Shown here: positions 46,363 through 57,506 of the stretch, one piece after another
Position numbering within the stretch: position 1 is the stretch's first letter
How the letters are laid out: every line of letters begins with the position of its first letter
IMG/VR virus record: IMGVR_UViG_2854208954_000001
Coordinates: 15,498 to 79,497 of that record
Source of the DNA: a virus
Lineage: Duplodnaviria > Caudoviricetes
Direction: 5' to 3' (one strand)
Length of the DNA: 64,000 bases
Translations under genes and position numbers: made by a program
Notes under the pieces: model-generated
What the model was told of the DNA's origin: nothing
Databases searched by the model: none
What the model saw: the letters and a program-made list of their open reading frames with translations, nothing else

Positions 46363-48184
46363 TGCTCACACCCGAACAGCTTGCCCATTGTGCCGATAAT
46401 ATCATCAATCTTTACTCGCAACTTGAAGAACAAATCGTCCGTGACATTGCCCGAAGAATTGCCAAAACGGGTACAATGACCGACACGGGCATATGGCAGG
46501 CACAGCATATGCAGGAGCTCGGCATTCTTCACTCTGAAGTGCTGTCAAGTGTCGCTAAGTATAGTGACAAAACAGAATCAGAACTAAAAAAACTTTTTGA
46601 AGATGCAGGTGTGACCGCTACGGAGTATGATAACGAAATTTACCGTCAGAACGGTATGAATCCAAAGTCACTCAAGGTGTCTGATGTACAAATGCAATTA
46701 CTTGAGGCAGGTTTTAAGAAAACGCAGGGCAATCTTAGCAATCTTACTCTGACCACAGCTGTGTCATCGCAAACGAGCTTTATTAATGCCTGCAGTCTTG
46801 CTGAACTAAAAGCATCAAGCGGAGCATTTACTCCGCAACAGGCAATTGCCGATGCAATTAAACAGGTAGCTCAAGACGGAGCGTATGTAATCTATCCCTC
46901 CGGTCATCGTGACCGACTTGATGTTGCTGTACGGCGTAATGTTATGACCGGCATAGGTCAAACCACGGGTCAGATATGCCTATCAAATGCCCAAGAGCTT
47001 GGCTGTGACCTTATGGAAATTACCGCCCACGCAGGAGCTCGACCGAGCCACTCGGCTTGGCAGGGACAGATTGTAAGCCTGAGTGGTCAAAGAGGTTACT
47101 TGTCCTTATCTGATATTGGTTACGGCACAGGTGACGGATTTAAAGGCTGGAACTGCCGACACGATTGGTATCCGTTCTTTGAGGGTAGTAGTCGAATGTA
47201 CTCGGCAAAAGACCTCGAAGAACTGAATGCTAAAAACATTGAATATCCCGACGGCTCAATGCACACGCTGTATGAGGCAGAACAACAGCAAAGAGCCTAC
47301 GAACGCAAAATCAGGGTAACAAAAAGAACACTTGCCGCTTGTGATGAGGCTTTGAATAATCTTTCCGATGAACAGCTGTTACAAAAGTTAGAAAAAAATT
47401 TCAGCCACTATTCAAGCAAGTTGAAACGGCAGGAGTCAGAACTGAATAGCTTTTGTAAAAAACAGGATTACTTCCCGACCGTTCTCGTCAACAGGCTTAT
47501 GGTTTTGGCAGAAGTACTGCTCAAAAAGCGGTGTGGAAAAATAAGAAAGCTGTTGCAAATTCCGCTGAAAAGAGTATAATTAAAACTATAAGTAAATCGG
47601 TGAAAATTCCTGATAATTGTAATTATTTATTAAAATCAGAAACTAATTTTGAAAAATATAATGACAGCGAGTTATCTGCAGATATTCTTAAAGCAATTAA
47701 CGGTGCAATCGAAAAAAGATTATCCGAAAATGACGATTTCATATTTGATGAAATTAAAATTGCTAAATTTCCTATTGGGAATAAATCTGTATTCATTACT
47801 AACTATGAAACAGGTGTACACCCTAAAACTCAGTTGTATTTAAATAGAGATTATTTTTTAAATGTAACATTAGATGAGTTTAATGCTGCTTGTTTGAATT
47901 ATTACGATTCAGGTTGGTGGCAAAGTGAGAACATCGAAGATTTAGTAAATCACGAAATAATGCATGCTCGCATTAACTACTATAATTCGTTTGAAAAGAC
48001 TGAACAGTTATATCAATTTTTAAATGAAGATACTCGTGTAAAAGGTTTTTGTAAATTGGTTGATAAATATCCTGATGAGTTTCTTAATGAGGTGTATGTT
48101 GCTATAAACAAAGGAAAAAGTATAAGCAAGAAATATTTGGATGTATATTATGAATATATAGACACTTATTTAAGGAGATATTAA
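46362..48184 (+). CDS. Minor capsid (Phage_min_cap2/MuF) with C-terminal HEXXH toxin domain; split by 1-nt deletion at A6 47457-47462
   Basis: AVRRNVMTG, AHAGARPSH..WQG, NCRHDWYPF; -1 frame continues TGLLPDRSRQQAYGFGRSTAQKAVW into ORF 47531-48184 with HEIMH and EFLNE. Confidence 0.75.
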
Positions 48185-48185
48185 A

Positions 48186-48374
48186 ATGGCAAATTTACCA
48201 AGGTGTAGTAGTTGTGCTAACAGAAAAAACAAATTTGGTACTATATGTAAATATTATTTAAAAGGAATTCCAAAAGAGTTTTTAGCCGAAAAGCAATTTT
48301 GCAAGCATTATACAATAGAAACAGAAAGAGCTGAGAGTAATTATGATGATTTGCCTGTAGCAAAAGGTAGATAA
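48186..48374 (+). CDS. Small Cys-rich putative immunity protein
   Basis: CSSC..C..Y.KGIP.E....C; immediately after toxin domain; AT-rich. Confidence 0.6.
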   Translation: MANLPRCSSCANRKNKFGTICKYYLKGIPKEFLAEKQFCKHYTIETERAESNYDDLPVAKGR

Positions 48375-48477
48375 TTATTTATGCTTATTTTCAATTGTAT
48401 CGGCTTTAATTACTGAAAGGTAAAGTTACATAGTTGATTTGATTAAAACAAAATTAAACGAATTTAAACGGGTATTA

Positions 48478-48510
48478 AAGGGGGTGTTTGAAACATCCCT
48501 TTTCCTTTTA
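48478..48510 (+). terminator. Terminator-like hairpin
   Basis: AAGGGGTGTT-TGA-AACATCCCTT + TTCCTTTT. Confidence 0.6.
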
Positions 48511-48540
48511 CCCTTATTTTTATGATTAGAAGGTGTTTTA

Positions 48541-48726
48541 ATGGCTAAATACAGAAAAAAGCCCATTGTGGTAGAAGCAGAACGCACGGATAAAACAGTT
48601 GTAATACACACACTTGAAGGTGATATGACAGCAAGTCCGGGTGACTATATTATCACCGGTGTTAATGGTGAAAAATATCCTTGCAAACCCGACACATTTG
48701 CAAAAACATATGAGCCGGTAGAATAA
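48541..48726 (+). CDS. PGDYG-like small phage protein
   Basis: [36 protein letters not shown]. Confidence 0.85.
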   Translation: MAKYRKKPIVVEAERTDKTVVIHTLEGDMTASPGDYIITGVNGEKYPCKPDTFAKTYEPVE

Positions 48727-48738
48727 AACAGTTTATAA

Positions 48739-48765
48739 GCTCCCGAATCTCGGGGGCTTTTAATA
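48739..48765 (+). terminator. Terminator-like hairpin
   Basis: AAGCTCCCGA-ATC-TCGGGGGCTT + TTAAT. Confidence 0.55.
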
Positions 48766-48819
48766 TTGCTCAAATTTTTGAGTACACACAATTGCTAATA
48801 AATTGAAAGGAGCAAACAA

Positions 48820-49359
48820 ATGGACTTAATGGAAATTTTAAAAGCCCTGTTTGGTGACGAGGCATTAACCTTTGAACAGTTTGCAGAAAAGGTAAACAAT
48901 GCGGCAGATGTTAAGCTCGGCAACCTTGCAGGCGGTCAGTATGTCGAAAAGGACAAGTATGATGATGTGTCAAAAAAGCTCGAAACTGCAAACGCTAATC
49001 TTGAAGGTTATGACCCCGATTGGCAGAACAAGGTTAAGCAGGCACAGCTTGACGGCGACAAAAAGCTCAATGACTACAAGTTTGAGCAGGCGGTTGAATC
49101 TGCCATCAATAACGCAGGTGCGGCTGACCTCGTGTCGGTCAAGGCTAACATTGATATGTCAAAGGTATCTCAGACTGAGGACGGCAGTATCACGGGACTT
49201 GACGAACAGCTTGCAGAGCTGAAACAGTCAAAACCTTTCCTCTTTAAGTCAGAGGAAGAACCCAAAAAGAAACTTGACCTCGGCGGACCCACAGGCGGAG
49301 CAAAAGCAAAGTCCGGTTCAAACCTCAAGTCTGCCGTTGAAGACTATTACAAGAAATAA
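48820..49359 (+). CDS. Capsid scaffolding protein (GP20-like)
   Basis: Coiled coil, ITGLDEQLAELKQSKPFLF; precedes capsid. Confidence 0.85.
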   Translation: MDLMEILKALFGDEALTFEQFAEKVNNAADVKLGNLAGGQYVEKDKYDDVSKKLETANANLEGYDPDWQNKVKQAQLDGDKKLNDYKFEQAVESAINNAGAADLVSVKANIDMSKVSQTEDGSITGLDEQLAELKQSKPFLFKSEEEPKKKLDLGGPTGGAKAKSGSNLKSAVEDYYKK

Positions 49360-49371
49360 GGAGGACACAAA

Positions 49372-50358
49372 ATGCCTATTACATTAGCAGAAGCAAGCGT
49401 CGGCAGAGCCGACAAGGTGACACAGGAGGTTATTGATACTCTCCGCCGTGGCTCACAGTTTATGGATGAGCTTACTTTTGATGATGCCGTATCACCGGGT
49501 GTCGGAGGCTCAACTCTCACCTACGGTTACTTACAGCTCCAGACACCGTCAACAGCGGCAGGCAGAGAAATCAACAGCGAATACACAGCCAATGAGGCGA
49601 AGAAAATTAAAAAGACCGTTGACCTTAAAATCTTCGGCGGTGCAAGTGAGGTTGACCGTGTTATTCAGGAAGCAACAACAAACGAAATTGCGTTTCAGCT
49701 CGAGCAGAAAACCCTCGCTACTCGTAACCATTTTCAAAATTGCTGTATTAACGGCTCAAAGACTAATAAGTCGGTTGACTTTGACGGTCTTACAACTCTC
49801 CTCAAGGGCACAAGCACTGAGTACAACGCAGGCTCTGACAAGACAGTAGTTGACCTCTCAACCTCTGCACTTGTTACAAGCAACTATCAGCTTATGATTG
49901 ATATGCTCAACGAGTTTATCGGCGGTATTGACGGCAAGCCTACTTTTCTGCTCGGCAACAGCAAGATTATTGCTAAGCTCAAAAGCGTTGCTCAGCGTGC
50001 AGGATACCTCACAAGAGCCGAGGACGCTTTCGGTAAAACTGCTCAGGGTTATGACGGTATCATTTTTTACGATATGGGTAACTACTTTGACGGTTCAAAG
50101 ACTGTGCCTTGCGTGCCGATTTACGAAACAGGTGCATCAAGCTCAAAGGTGACAGGTCTTACCGACCTTTATGCGGTACAGCTTGGTCTTGATGCTTTCC
50201 ACGGTGTTTCCCTCAGCGGTTCGTCAATCATCAAAACATATATGCCTGACCTTACTGCCCCCGGTGCGGTTAAAAAGGCTGAAGTTGAAATGGTTGCCGC
50301 TGTTGCTCTCAAAAACACAACAAAGTGCGGTGTTTTCCGTAACATTAAGGTATCTTAA
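49372..50358 (+). CDS. Major capsid protein
   Basis: LKIFGGASEVDRV, FDGLTTLL, KAEVEMVAAVALK. Confidence 0.9.
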   Translation: MPITLAEASVGRADKVTQEVIDTLRRGSQFMDELTFDDAVSPGVGGSTLTYGYLQLQTPSTAAGREINSEYTANEAKKIKKTVDLKIFGGASEVDRVIQEATTNEIAFQLEQKTLATRNHFQNCCINGSKTNKSVDFDGLTTLLKGTSTEYNAGSDKTVVDLSTSALVTSNYQLMIDMLNEFIGGIDGKPTFLLGNSKIIAKLKSVAQRAGYLTRAEDAFGKTAQGYDGIIFYDMGNYFDGSKTVPCVPIYETGASSSKVTGLTDLYAVQLGLDAFHGVSLSGSSIIKTYMPDLTAPGAVKKAEVEMVAAVALKNTTKCGVFRNIKVS

Positions 50359-50360
50359 AA

Positions 50361-50720
50361 ATGTATGCGGATTATGCTTATTACAAGGATTCTTTCGGCG
50401 GTGATTTAACCGCCGAAGAATTCAATCGCTATGCACGCAAGGCGGAACGCTTTTTAAACTATGTTATTATGGGAGAAATTCCCGAAGTGACGGAGCAGGT
50501 AAAGAATGCAGTCTGTGCCGCCGCTGAGGCGGTTGCCGAAATTCGTGGAGGTGTGGCAAATATCCCTCAAGGCATCAAGTCTGAATCAACGGACGGTTAC
50601 AGCGTTACATACAAGGATTACAATGCCGATGAGCTTGCAGAGCGTGAAAAAAGAGCAATGTACAAGGCTATAAAACAAGAGTTAAGCGGTACAGGTCTTT
50701 TATATCAGGGGGTGAGATAA
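50361..50720 (+). CDS. Head-tail connector
   Basis: YADYAYY..FGG, VKNAVCAAAE, SESTDGYSVTY. Confidence 0.8.
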   Translation: MYADYAYYKDSFGGDLTAEEFNRYARKAERFLNYVIMGEIPEVTEQVKNAVCAAAEAVAEIRGGVANIPQGIKSESTDGYSVTYKDYNADELAEREKRAMYKAIKQELSGTGLLYQGVR

Positions 50721-51127
50721 TGCTCACAAACAACACACGCATTACCGTGTTTTGCTCTAAAAAGCAGGGCCGTGAAACCTTTTGGTTTGCAACTGTTTTG
50801 GACGGAGTTAATTACCACGGTAGGGATCAAATTATTGTTGCTGACAAAAATGTGTCTGCATCTGATGAGTATGTTATCCGTATCCCTGACAGCGTTTTGC
50901 AGACTACTCACTATGTTGACCCGTCAACATACAAGTCTTTACCGCTTGATGAAAGTGACAATTGCTACTCCCTAAAAAAGGGAGATTATGTTGTAAAAGG
51001 CTTGGTTGACCTTGATGTAATTACTGTTAAGGATATCCTTGACGCAGGCGGTCAGCAGATTACGCAGGTCACCGAAAATCTGTCGGCAAGTGCCTTTTCA
51101 AAACACATTAAATTGGTGGTTAAATGA
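50720..51127 (+). CDS. Head closure protein
   Basis: Position and length; LKKGDYVVKG. Confidence 0.7.
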   Translation: MLTNNTRITVFCSKKQGRETFWFATVLDGVNYHGRDQIIVADKNVSASDEYVIRIPDSVLQTTHYVDPSTYKSLPLDESDNCYSLKKGDYVVKGLVDLDVITVKDILDAGGQQITQVTENLSASAFSKHIKLVVK

Positions 51128-51480
51128 TTATTAAACTGCTTTTTAATACTACTGATACTATGCTTAAAGACCGTGGTCTTGAGCCGAGTGGCAAGGTTCA
51201 AAAAATTGTGGACAGCGAAGTCCTTCGCCGTTCTACTCCATATGTACCTTTTAAAACCGGCAATCTTATCAAGAGCGGTATCCGTGGAACAAAGATAGGT
51301 AGTGGTGAGGTAATGTACGATATTGTATATGCACATACCAATTACTACCTAAACGCAGGCAAAGGTAAACAGGGTACTGCAAGCGGTGGTCTAAGGGGCA
51401 AGTTTTGGTTTGAGCGGATGAAAGCAGACCATCTTGATGACATCATCAAAACCGCCAAAGAAAAAAGCGGAGGCAAATAA
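51124..51480 (+). CDS. Minor capsid / neck protein (A118 minor_capsid_2-like)
   Basis: YVPFKTGNL, YA...YY, RGKFWFERMK. Confidence 0.8.
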   Translation: MIIKLLFNTTDTMLKDRGLEPSGKVQKIVDSEVLRRSTPYVPFKTGNLIKSGIRGTKIGSGEVMYDIVYAHTNYYLNAGKGKQGTASGGLRGKFWFERMKADHLDDIIKTAKEKSGGK

Positions 51481-51917
51481 TGGACGAATCAATAATTAAA
51501 TCATTGTTTAGGTGGTTTGCCGATTGCGATGTATTAGAGGTTGATAATGACCTTAATGTTGACTATCTCGGCGAAGACCCCGAACAGTACAGCATTGAGG
51601 TTGTGCCGTGCAAAACTGTACTAAAGCAGTACATTGACGGCTCTGCTAAATGCCAGTACCTCTTTATCTTTGCAAGCCGTGAAAATTACAGTCCCGATGA
51701 ATCAATAAACATAGCAAATTTGGAGTTTTATGAACGGCTCGAAGAGTGGATTGCCGAACAGGACTTAAACGGCAAACTGCCGAAACTGCCCGAAGGTTTA
51801 ACCCCTTTATCCGTTAAGGTGCTGTCATCGGGGTATGCAATCGACAATGACACAAAATCGGCACGATATCAAATACAGTGCCAACTTAAATATACTAAAA
51901 TTGGAGGTAAAAAATAA
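51480..51917 (+). CDS. Tail terminator protein
   Basis: Position; ARYQIQCQLKY. Confidence 0.7.
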   Translation: MDESIIKSLFRWFADCDVLEVDNDLNVDYLGEDPEQYSIEVVPCKTVLKQYIDGSAKCQYLFIFASRENYSPDESINIANLEFYERLEEWIAEQDLNGKLPKLPEGLTPLSVKVLSSGYAIDNDTKSARYQIQCQLKYTKIGGKK

Positions 51918-52426
51918 TGAGCGAAGTAATCAGACAGAGAAGAATGCAGGCAAACTACCTTGACTGCGGCGGTACAAACAAATCACCGAATTTTTCTCTC
52001 CTCGGTGTAGGTGCAAAAACTCTTGATGAGTCACCTGCGGCTCAGACTAAGAGCCGTAAGTATGTCTGCGACAAATCTGCAACAAAATCAATCAGCGGCT
52101 ATGACTGGACAACAGCGTTTGAGGTTGACCAGATCAGAGAGCAGGATGCTATCAATTACATCATCAATATCGGTGAGAAACAGCTTGTAGGAGCAGACGC
52201 CGAAACAGATTATGTTATCGTTGACCTTGACCAGCCTGTTGAAGGCGGCAGTAACAAGACCGCATATCATGCACGCAAAATCCGTGTTGCGGTTGAGGTT
52301 GCAAGTTTTACAAATGACGACGGCGAAATGGGTTGTAGTGGTAACTTTCTGGCAAAAGGAGATCCTGTTGAGGGTACTTTTGACACAGCCACAAAGACAT
52401 TTACAGCAAAAACTTCGGAGGCATAA
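51917..52426 (+). CDS. Major tail tube protein
   Basis: LDESPAAQTKSRKYV, position before chaperones. Confidence 0.8.
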   Translation: MSEVIRQRRMQANYLDCGGTNKSPNFSLLGVGAKTLDESPAAQTKSRKYVCDKSATKSISGYDWTTAFEVDQIREQDAINYIINIGEKQLVGADAETDYVIVDLDQPVEGGSNKTAYHARKIRVAVEVASFTNDDGEMGCSGNFLAKGDPVEGTFDTATKTFTAKTSEA

Positions 52427-52429
52427 AAT

Positions 52430-52831
52430 ATGGTTATTAACGGTGTAAATTTACCTGACATTGATGTTGCCGATGCACTCGTTATGGAGCGTTACGAACA
52501 CGCTCACGATAATGTGGCAAAGGCAATGAATGATTTACAGCCCGAGGGCAAACGCCAGTCAGAGCTTATCCGTGCTCAGTGTACGGCTGTTTTTAACTTT
52601 TTTGATGAGGTTTTTGGTGACGGGACAGCTAAAAAGGTTTTCGGCGAAACCGTAAACCTTACAACCTGTATCAATGCCTACGAGGATGTCATCAAGGCTG
52701 TTAATGCTCTCAGCTCAAAGCTCGGTAGTAGGTATAAAAGCAGAGCAATTGCAATGAACAACAACCACAGGGGCAAAAGGCATAAGCAGTACAATCATTA
52801 CAAAAAGACACTTAAACCGGCGACAAAGTAA
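52430..52831 (+). CDS. Tail assembly chaperone
   Basis: FFDEVFGDGTAKKVFG motif; position. Confidence 0.75.
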   Translation: MVINGVNLPDIDVADALVMERYEHAHDNVAKAMNDLQPEGKRQSELIRAQCTAVFNFFDEVFGDGTAKKVFGETVNLTTCINAYEDVIKAVNALSSKLGSRYKSRAIAMNNNHRGKRHKQYNHYKKTLKPATK

Positions 52832-53421
52832 TGAATCTGCTTTGTGACAAAACACCCGATACAATAACCGTGTCGGGTGTGGAATATAAAATAAATACTG
52901 ATTTTAGGGTATGGATTAAGTTTGAGCTTATCCTCACCGAGCAGATTGACGATACAATTTCAGCCGAAGTACTCGCAGAAATTCAGAAGCTTGTATTCAG
53001 AACACCTTGCCCGATGAACGAAGAAACAGTCGAGGCTATTTTAAACTTTTATCGCTGTGGAAAACCACCCGAAAAGCATTCAGGCGGTGGCAATGATAAA
53101 GCTGTATTTGATTACGATTTTGATGATGGCTATATCTATGCGGCATTTTTAGAGCAGTACGGCATTGACCTCAACGATGCAAATTTGCATTGGTGGAAGT
53201 TTCGTGCATTGTTTATGTCATTGCGTGCCGATTGTATGTTTACAAAAATTTTAGGTTATCGCAGTATGCCGATTACCTCTAAAATGTCAACGGCAGACCG
53301 CAATTTTTATCAGCGAATGAAAAAACTCTATGCCCTGCCTCTGCCGCAGTCGGTGCAGGAAAAGTATAATGTGATTGAAGAGGCTTTGTTATCAGGAAAA
53401 TCAGTTGACGAACTTATATAG
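52831..53421 (+). CDS. A118 Gp15-like tail chaperone
   Basis: INTDFRVW, DYDFDDGYIYAAFLEQYGIDL, LHWWKFRALF. Confidence 0.88.
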   Translation: MNLLCDKTPDTITVSGVEYKINTDFRVWIKFELILTEQIDDTISAEVLAEIQKLVFRTPCPMNEETVEAILNFYRCGKPPEKHSGGGNDKAVFDYDFDDGYIYAAFLEQYGIDLNDANLHWWKFRALFMSLRADCMFTKILGYRSMPITSKMSTADRNFYQRMKKLYALPLPQSVQEKYNVIEEALLSGKSVDELI

Positions 53422-53465
53422 ATTTTGTATAATGTGTATATAAAATTTATTGAGGTGGTACAACT

Positions 53466-53806
53466 GTGAAAAAGATTTTATCCTTTATAACTATTGCATT
53501 GTTGGCATTGACTTGCACAGCCTGTGGAAGTGACCCGTCAGGCATAAGCAAGGCTGAGTTTGACGAAATTCATACAGGACAAACCTATTCCGATGTTGTT
53601 GACATTGTCGGAGGCGAAGGCACAAAGGTGGCAGAAACAGAAGAAGAATTTGATGATTATATTGAATTTACACATACATACAAATTTAATGGTGAAAATG
53701 GCGGATATGCAGAATTTGTTTTCACCAAAAATCCTATAAAGATGTTTTGAAGATGAATTTTGACGATGCTGAATTAACAAGTAAAAATCAATATGATTTA
53801 TCGTAG
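53466..53806 (+). CDS. Lipoprotein with BLIP/SmpA-like (DUF3862-like) domain; 1-nt deletion at A5 53727-53731
   Basis: Lipobox LTCTAC; ISKAEFDEIHTGQTYSDVVDIVGGEG; -1 frame ends ..LTSKNQYDLS*. Confidence 0.65.
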
Positions 53807-53814
53807 GTGATAAA

Positions 53815-53967
53815 TTGAAAAACAAACAAAAAATTAAATGCCCTTTTTGCGGTTACGAAATGCCCATATACTTTGACAAATCGTCAAGGTGTAGGGGCAT
53901 TTTTATATTTTGCAAAGGGCGAAATTGTAAAAAGAAATTTGAAATCGTTTTAAGCGATAAAAAATAA
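53815..53967 (+). CDS. Small Cys4 zinc-ribbon protein (Com-like), 50 aa (absent from ORF track)
   Basis: TTG start after AGGTG; KIKCPFCGYEMPI..FCKGRNCKKKFEI. Confidence 0.65.
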   Translation: MKNKQKIKCPFCGYEMPIYFDKSSRCRGIFIFCKGRNCKKKFEIVLSDKK

Positions 53968-54023
53968 TCAGGTCAAGTAGAGCCATTGGATGCCGATGAC
54001 CTCACAGTAAAGGATGTGGGATA

Positions 54024-57000
54024 TTGGCGTATGACGGTTCAATTAAAATTGACACCAAAATTGATACCGGTGGTTTTAAAAAGGGCATTGATAAATTAAA
54101 AGGACTTGCCAAAACAGGTGTGTCTGCAATAACAACAACGCTTGCCGGTATAGCTACAACCCTCGGAGCAGGAGCAACAGCAGCGGCAACAGTCGGCTCG
54201 TCTTTTGAGGCGGCAATGTCTAAGGTTTCGGCTATCAGCGGTGCAAGCGGTAAAGACTTGCAGAGCCTTACTGATAAGGCTAAAGAGATGGGTGCTAAGA
54301 CAAAGTTCTCAGCCTCCGAATCTGCTGAGGCTTTACAATATATGGCTATGGCAGGCTGGAACACAACATCAATGCTCAATGGTATTGACGGTATTATGTC
54401 ACTTGCCGCCGCAGACGGTCTTGATCTTGCGACAACATCAGATATTGTTACCGATGCAATTACTGCATTTGGCTTAAAGGCATCTGACAGCACCCATTTT
54501 GCCGATGTGCTTGCTAAAGCATCAAGTTCTGCAAATACTAATGTGTCAATGCTCGGTGAGAGTTTTAAATATGTAGCACCTCTTGCAGGTGCTATGAATT
54601 ATAGTGTTGAAGATGTATCTGTTGCTCTCGGTCTTATGGCTAATGCCAGTGTTAAAGGCAGCATGGCAGGCACGAGCCTTAAAACTGCATTATCCAACCT
54701 CGCTTCCCCAACGAAGGAAATGAAAGAGGTCATGGATAAATACAAAATCAGCATGACCGATGCCAACGGCAAAGCATTACCGCTCATTGATGTTATCAAA
54801 GAGTTAAGGACAAAGTTCAGCGGTTTGTCCGAAACAGAGCAGACAGCCGCCGCAAGTACGCTCTTTGGTAAAGAGGCTATGTCGGGTATGCTTGCCATTG
54901 TTAATGCAAGTGATAAGGATTTTAATACTCTTGTAAAAAACATTGATAATGCAGACGGCTCGGCTCAAAAAATGGCTGACACAATGCAAAATAATCTGCA
55001 GGGACAGATTACGATACTAAAATCAGGGCTTGAGGGATTAGGCATCGAAATCTACGGGAGTATGTCCGAGCCGCTTACTGATGCCGCAAAAGAGGCTCAG
55101 AACTATGTAAGCAGACTTACCGAGGCATTTACCGAAGGCGGATTATCGGAGATGATTGAAGAGGCAGGCTCTATTTTTGGCGAACTTGCAACAAAAGCAG
55201 TTGAAGCCGCTCCGAAGATGATTGATGCCGCAATGTCTTTTTTGCAGGCATTTGTTAACGGGATCGCAAACAACTCCAACAAACTCGTTAAAGCGGCTAT
55301 AAACATCGTAAAAACATTGGTTAAAGGCATAAGTGACCGTGCTCCCGATCTACTGTCTGCGGCAAAAAGTATCGTAGATGCTTTAACTAAAAACTTAGTT
55401 AAGTTACTGCCAAAAGAACTGCAAGCCCCCGTTAAAGAGGCAATTAACACTATCAAAAAATCCTTTGAAAATGGCGGTCTTAAAAAAGCTATCAATACAG
55501 TTAAAACCATATTGATTAACCTCGGCAAAACTATGACTAACATTGCAAAGGTTGTTATACCACCGCTTGCAAAAGCTATTGATATTGTCGCTGACAACCT
55601 TAATATACTTTTGCCAATTGTGACAACTGCTGTCACAGCGTGGAAGGCTTGGCAAATCATATCAGCAATTACTGCTCTTGTGAAAGAGCATGCCGCATCC
55701 GTTACCGCCGAAAGTCTTGCTGAGGCGGCATCACTCGGCACTATAACTCTTAAACAAATCGCAATCGGTGCATTAACAGGTGAGATTACACTTGCCACAG
55801 CCGCTCAGTATGCTTGGAACTTGGCAATGTCACTCAATCCGGCTGTGCTTATCTTGACGGGAATAACAGCACTGACAGCCGGTATTGTTGCATTTTCTGC
55901 CGCCAACGGTGATGCAACGCAAAGCACAAATGACCTTGTAACTGCTGAAGAATCGCTAAAAACCGCAAATGACAATCTCTCGGAAACATATGAGTGTATC
56001 GGTGATAAGATTAGTGAGTTTATGGACGGAGTCAACAGTTCAAGCGGTGTGCTTGATGGGTTTAACGATTCGATTATCTTGTCAAAGGATAAACAGCAAG
56101 AGCTTGCTGATAAAATGGACAGCGTGCAGACAGAAATTACGGAAATCGCACGAACTGCCAAAGAAAAGCGTACAGAACTTACCGATGAAGAAATTCAAAG
56201 ACTTGACGATCTTTTTGCTAAGCAAAAAGAATTAGCGGATCAACAATTAGAAGTTCAACAGCAGTATCAAAATGTAACCAAAGATATGGCAAAGGATTTA
56301 GTTGCTGACCACGATATGAGCCTTGAAGAGTATGAACAATATTCGCAAGAGTATTCTGCTACGGCTCAACAAACAAGGGATAATACAATAAAAGCTGCCG
56401 AAGAACAAAGGACAAATTGGCTTGCCGAGAAACGAGCACTTATCGGCACTGATAAACAATATACCGAAGAGTGGTACAACAAGCAAAGAGAACAAGCCAA
56501 CAAGGATTACAAAGCCGCTGTCGATGAAGCTAATAAGGTTTGCGGTGATACCATTAGTATTCTTCAGAAGGGCTACTATAACCGAGCAAATGTATTACAG
56601 AATTCAACCAAAGATTTGAAAAAATTAAATCAAGATGAAGCTGACGAAAATGCAACACATAAAAATAACCTTGAAAGTATTGATGCCGAATACAACCGGG
56701 ATTTAAATGATTTTCTCGCCGAAGAAAAGGACAATAGAATTGCGGCTCAAAAATATAAAACATATCTTGATTCAAGAGACCGAGCGATAACTGATGAAAA
56801 TACTCGGCACACCAAAAGCAAGGCGAAATAAGGAATCAACAAACCAAAATCCTGAATGATGATAATTATCAAAAGCAGCTGGCTGGATTTTTAGGACTGG
56901 AAAGTTTGTATGAAACCTATACCGGTAAAACGGGTGAACACTCCAAAGAAATTGTTGATGCTTTCTTTACACCAATGAAAAATATGCCAAAGGATACTAA

Positions 57001-57505
57001 GGAAAGTTATTCTCAGTCTATGGAAGGAGCAATTAAAGGACTTGATGAAAAAAAGAACAGCTTGTATCTCAAGGCGGTTGAAATCACAGGGGGATTTATA
57101 AACACCGTTCGCAGGATGTTGGACGAACACTCTCCGTCAAAAGTATTCAAAAAAATCTTTGCCTACACCCTCGAAGGCGGTGAGAATGGACTTGATGACG
57201 AAGCTCCGAATCTGTATAAGCAGGCTGATGATGTTGCTTCTACCTTTACCGAGCGTATGCAGGCTGGTGTTTCAGCTGACGGTCTTGTGTCTAAGATGAG
57301 GTCAGCTGTTAATGCAGGACAGGCTATGCTCAGATCCAAATTCACGGCTGATGTCAACCACAATGTCGAGCTGATGAGCGAGGATAACGAGCGTAAGTAC
57401 AACCTTAAAGGCGATATTCACACCTCAATTAATATTGACGGTCGAGAAACAGCTGTGGCACTCACGCCGTATGTTTCTGAAGAACTTGCATGGGAGGACA
57501 GATAA
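54024..57505 (+). CDS. Tape measure protein (TP901-type core), split by 1-nt deletion at A4 56814-56817
   Basis: FEAAMSKVSAISGA, TKFSASESAEA; -1 frame KQGEIRNQQ.. joins 56906-57505 ending HSPSK..INIDGRE. Confidence 0.85.
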
Positions 57506-57506
57506 A

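Noticed and set aside
47451-47470. Programmed -1 frameshift in the minor capsid (and at 56814 in TMP2)
   Set aside because: The runs are not in X XXY YYZ register, and the same 1-nt-deletion pattern recurs in five unrelated genes, favouring sequencing error; not fully excluded.
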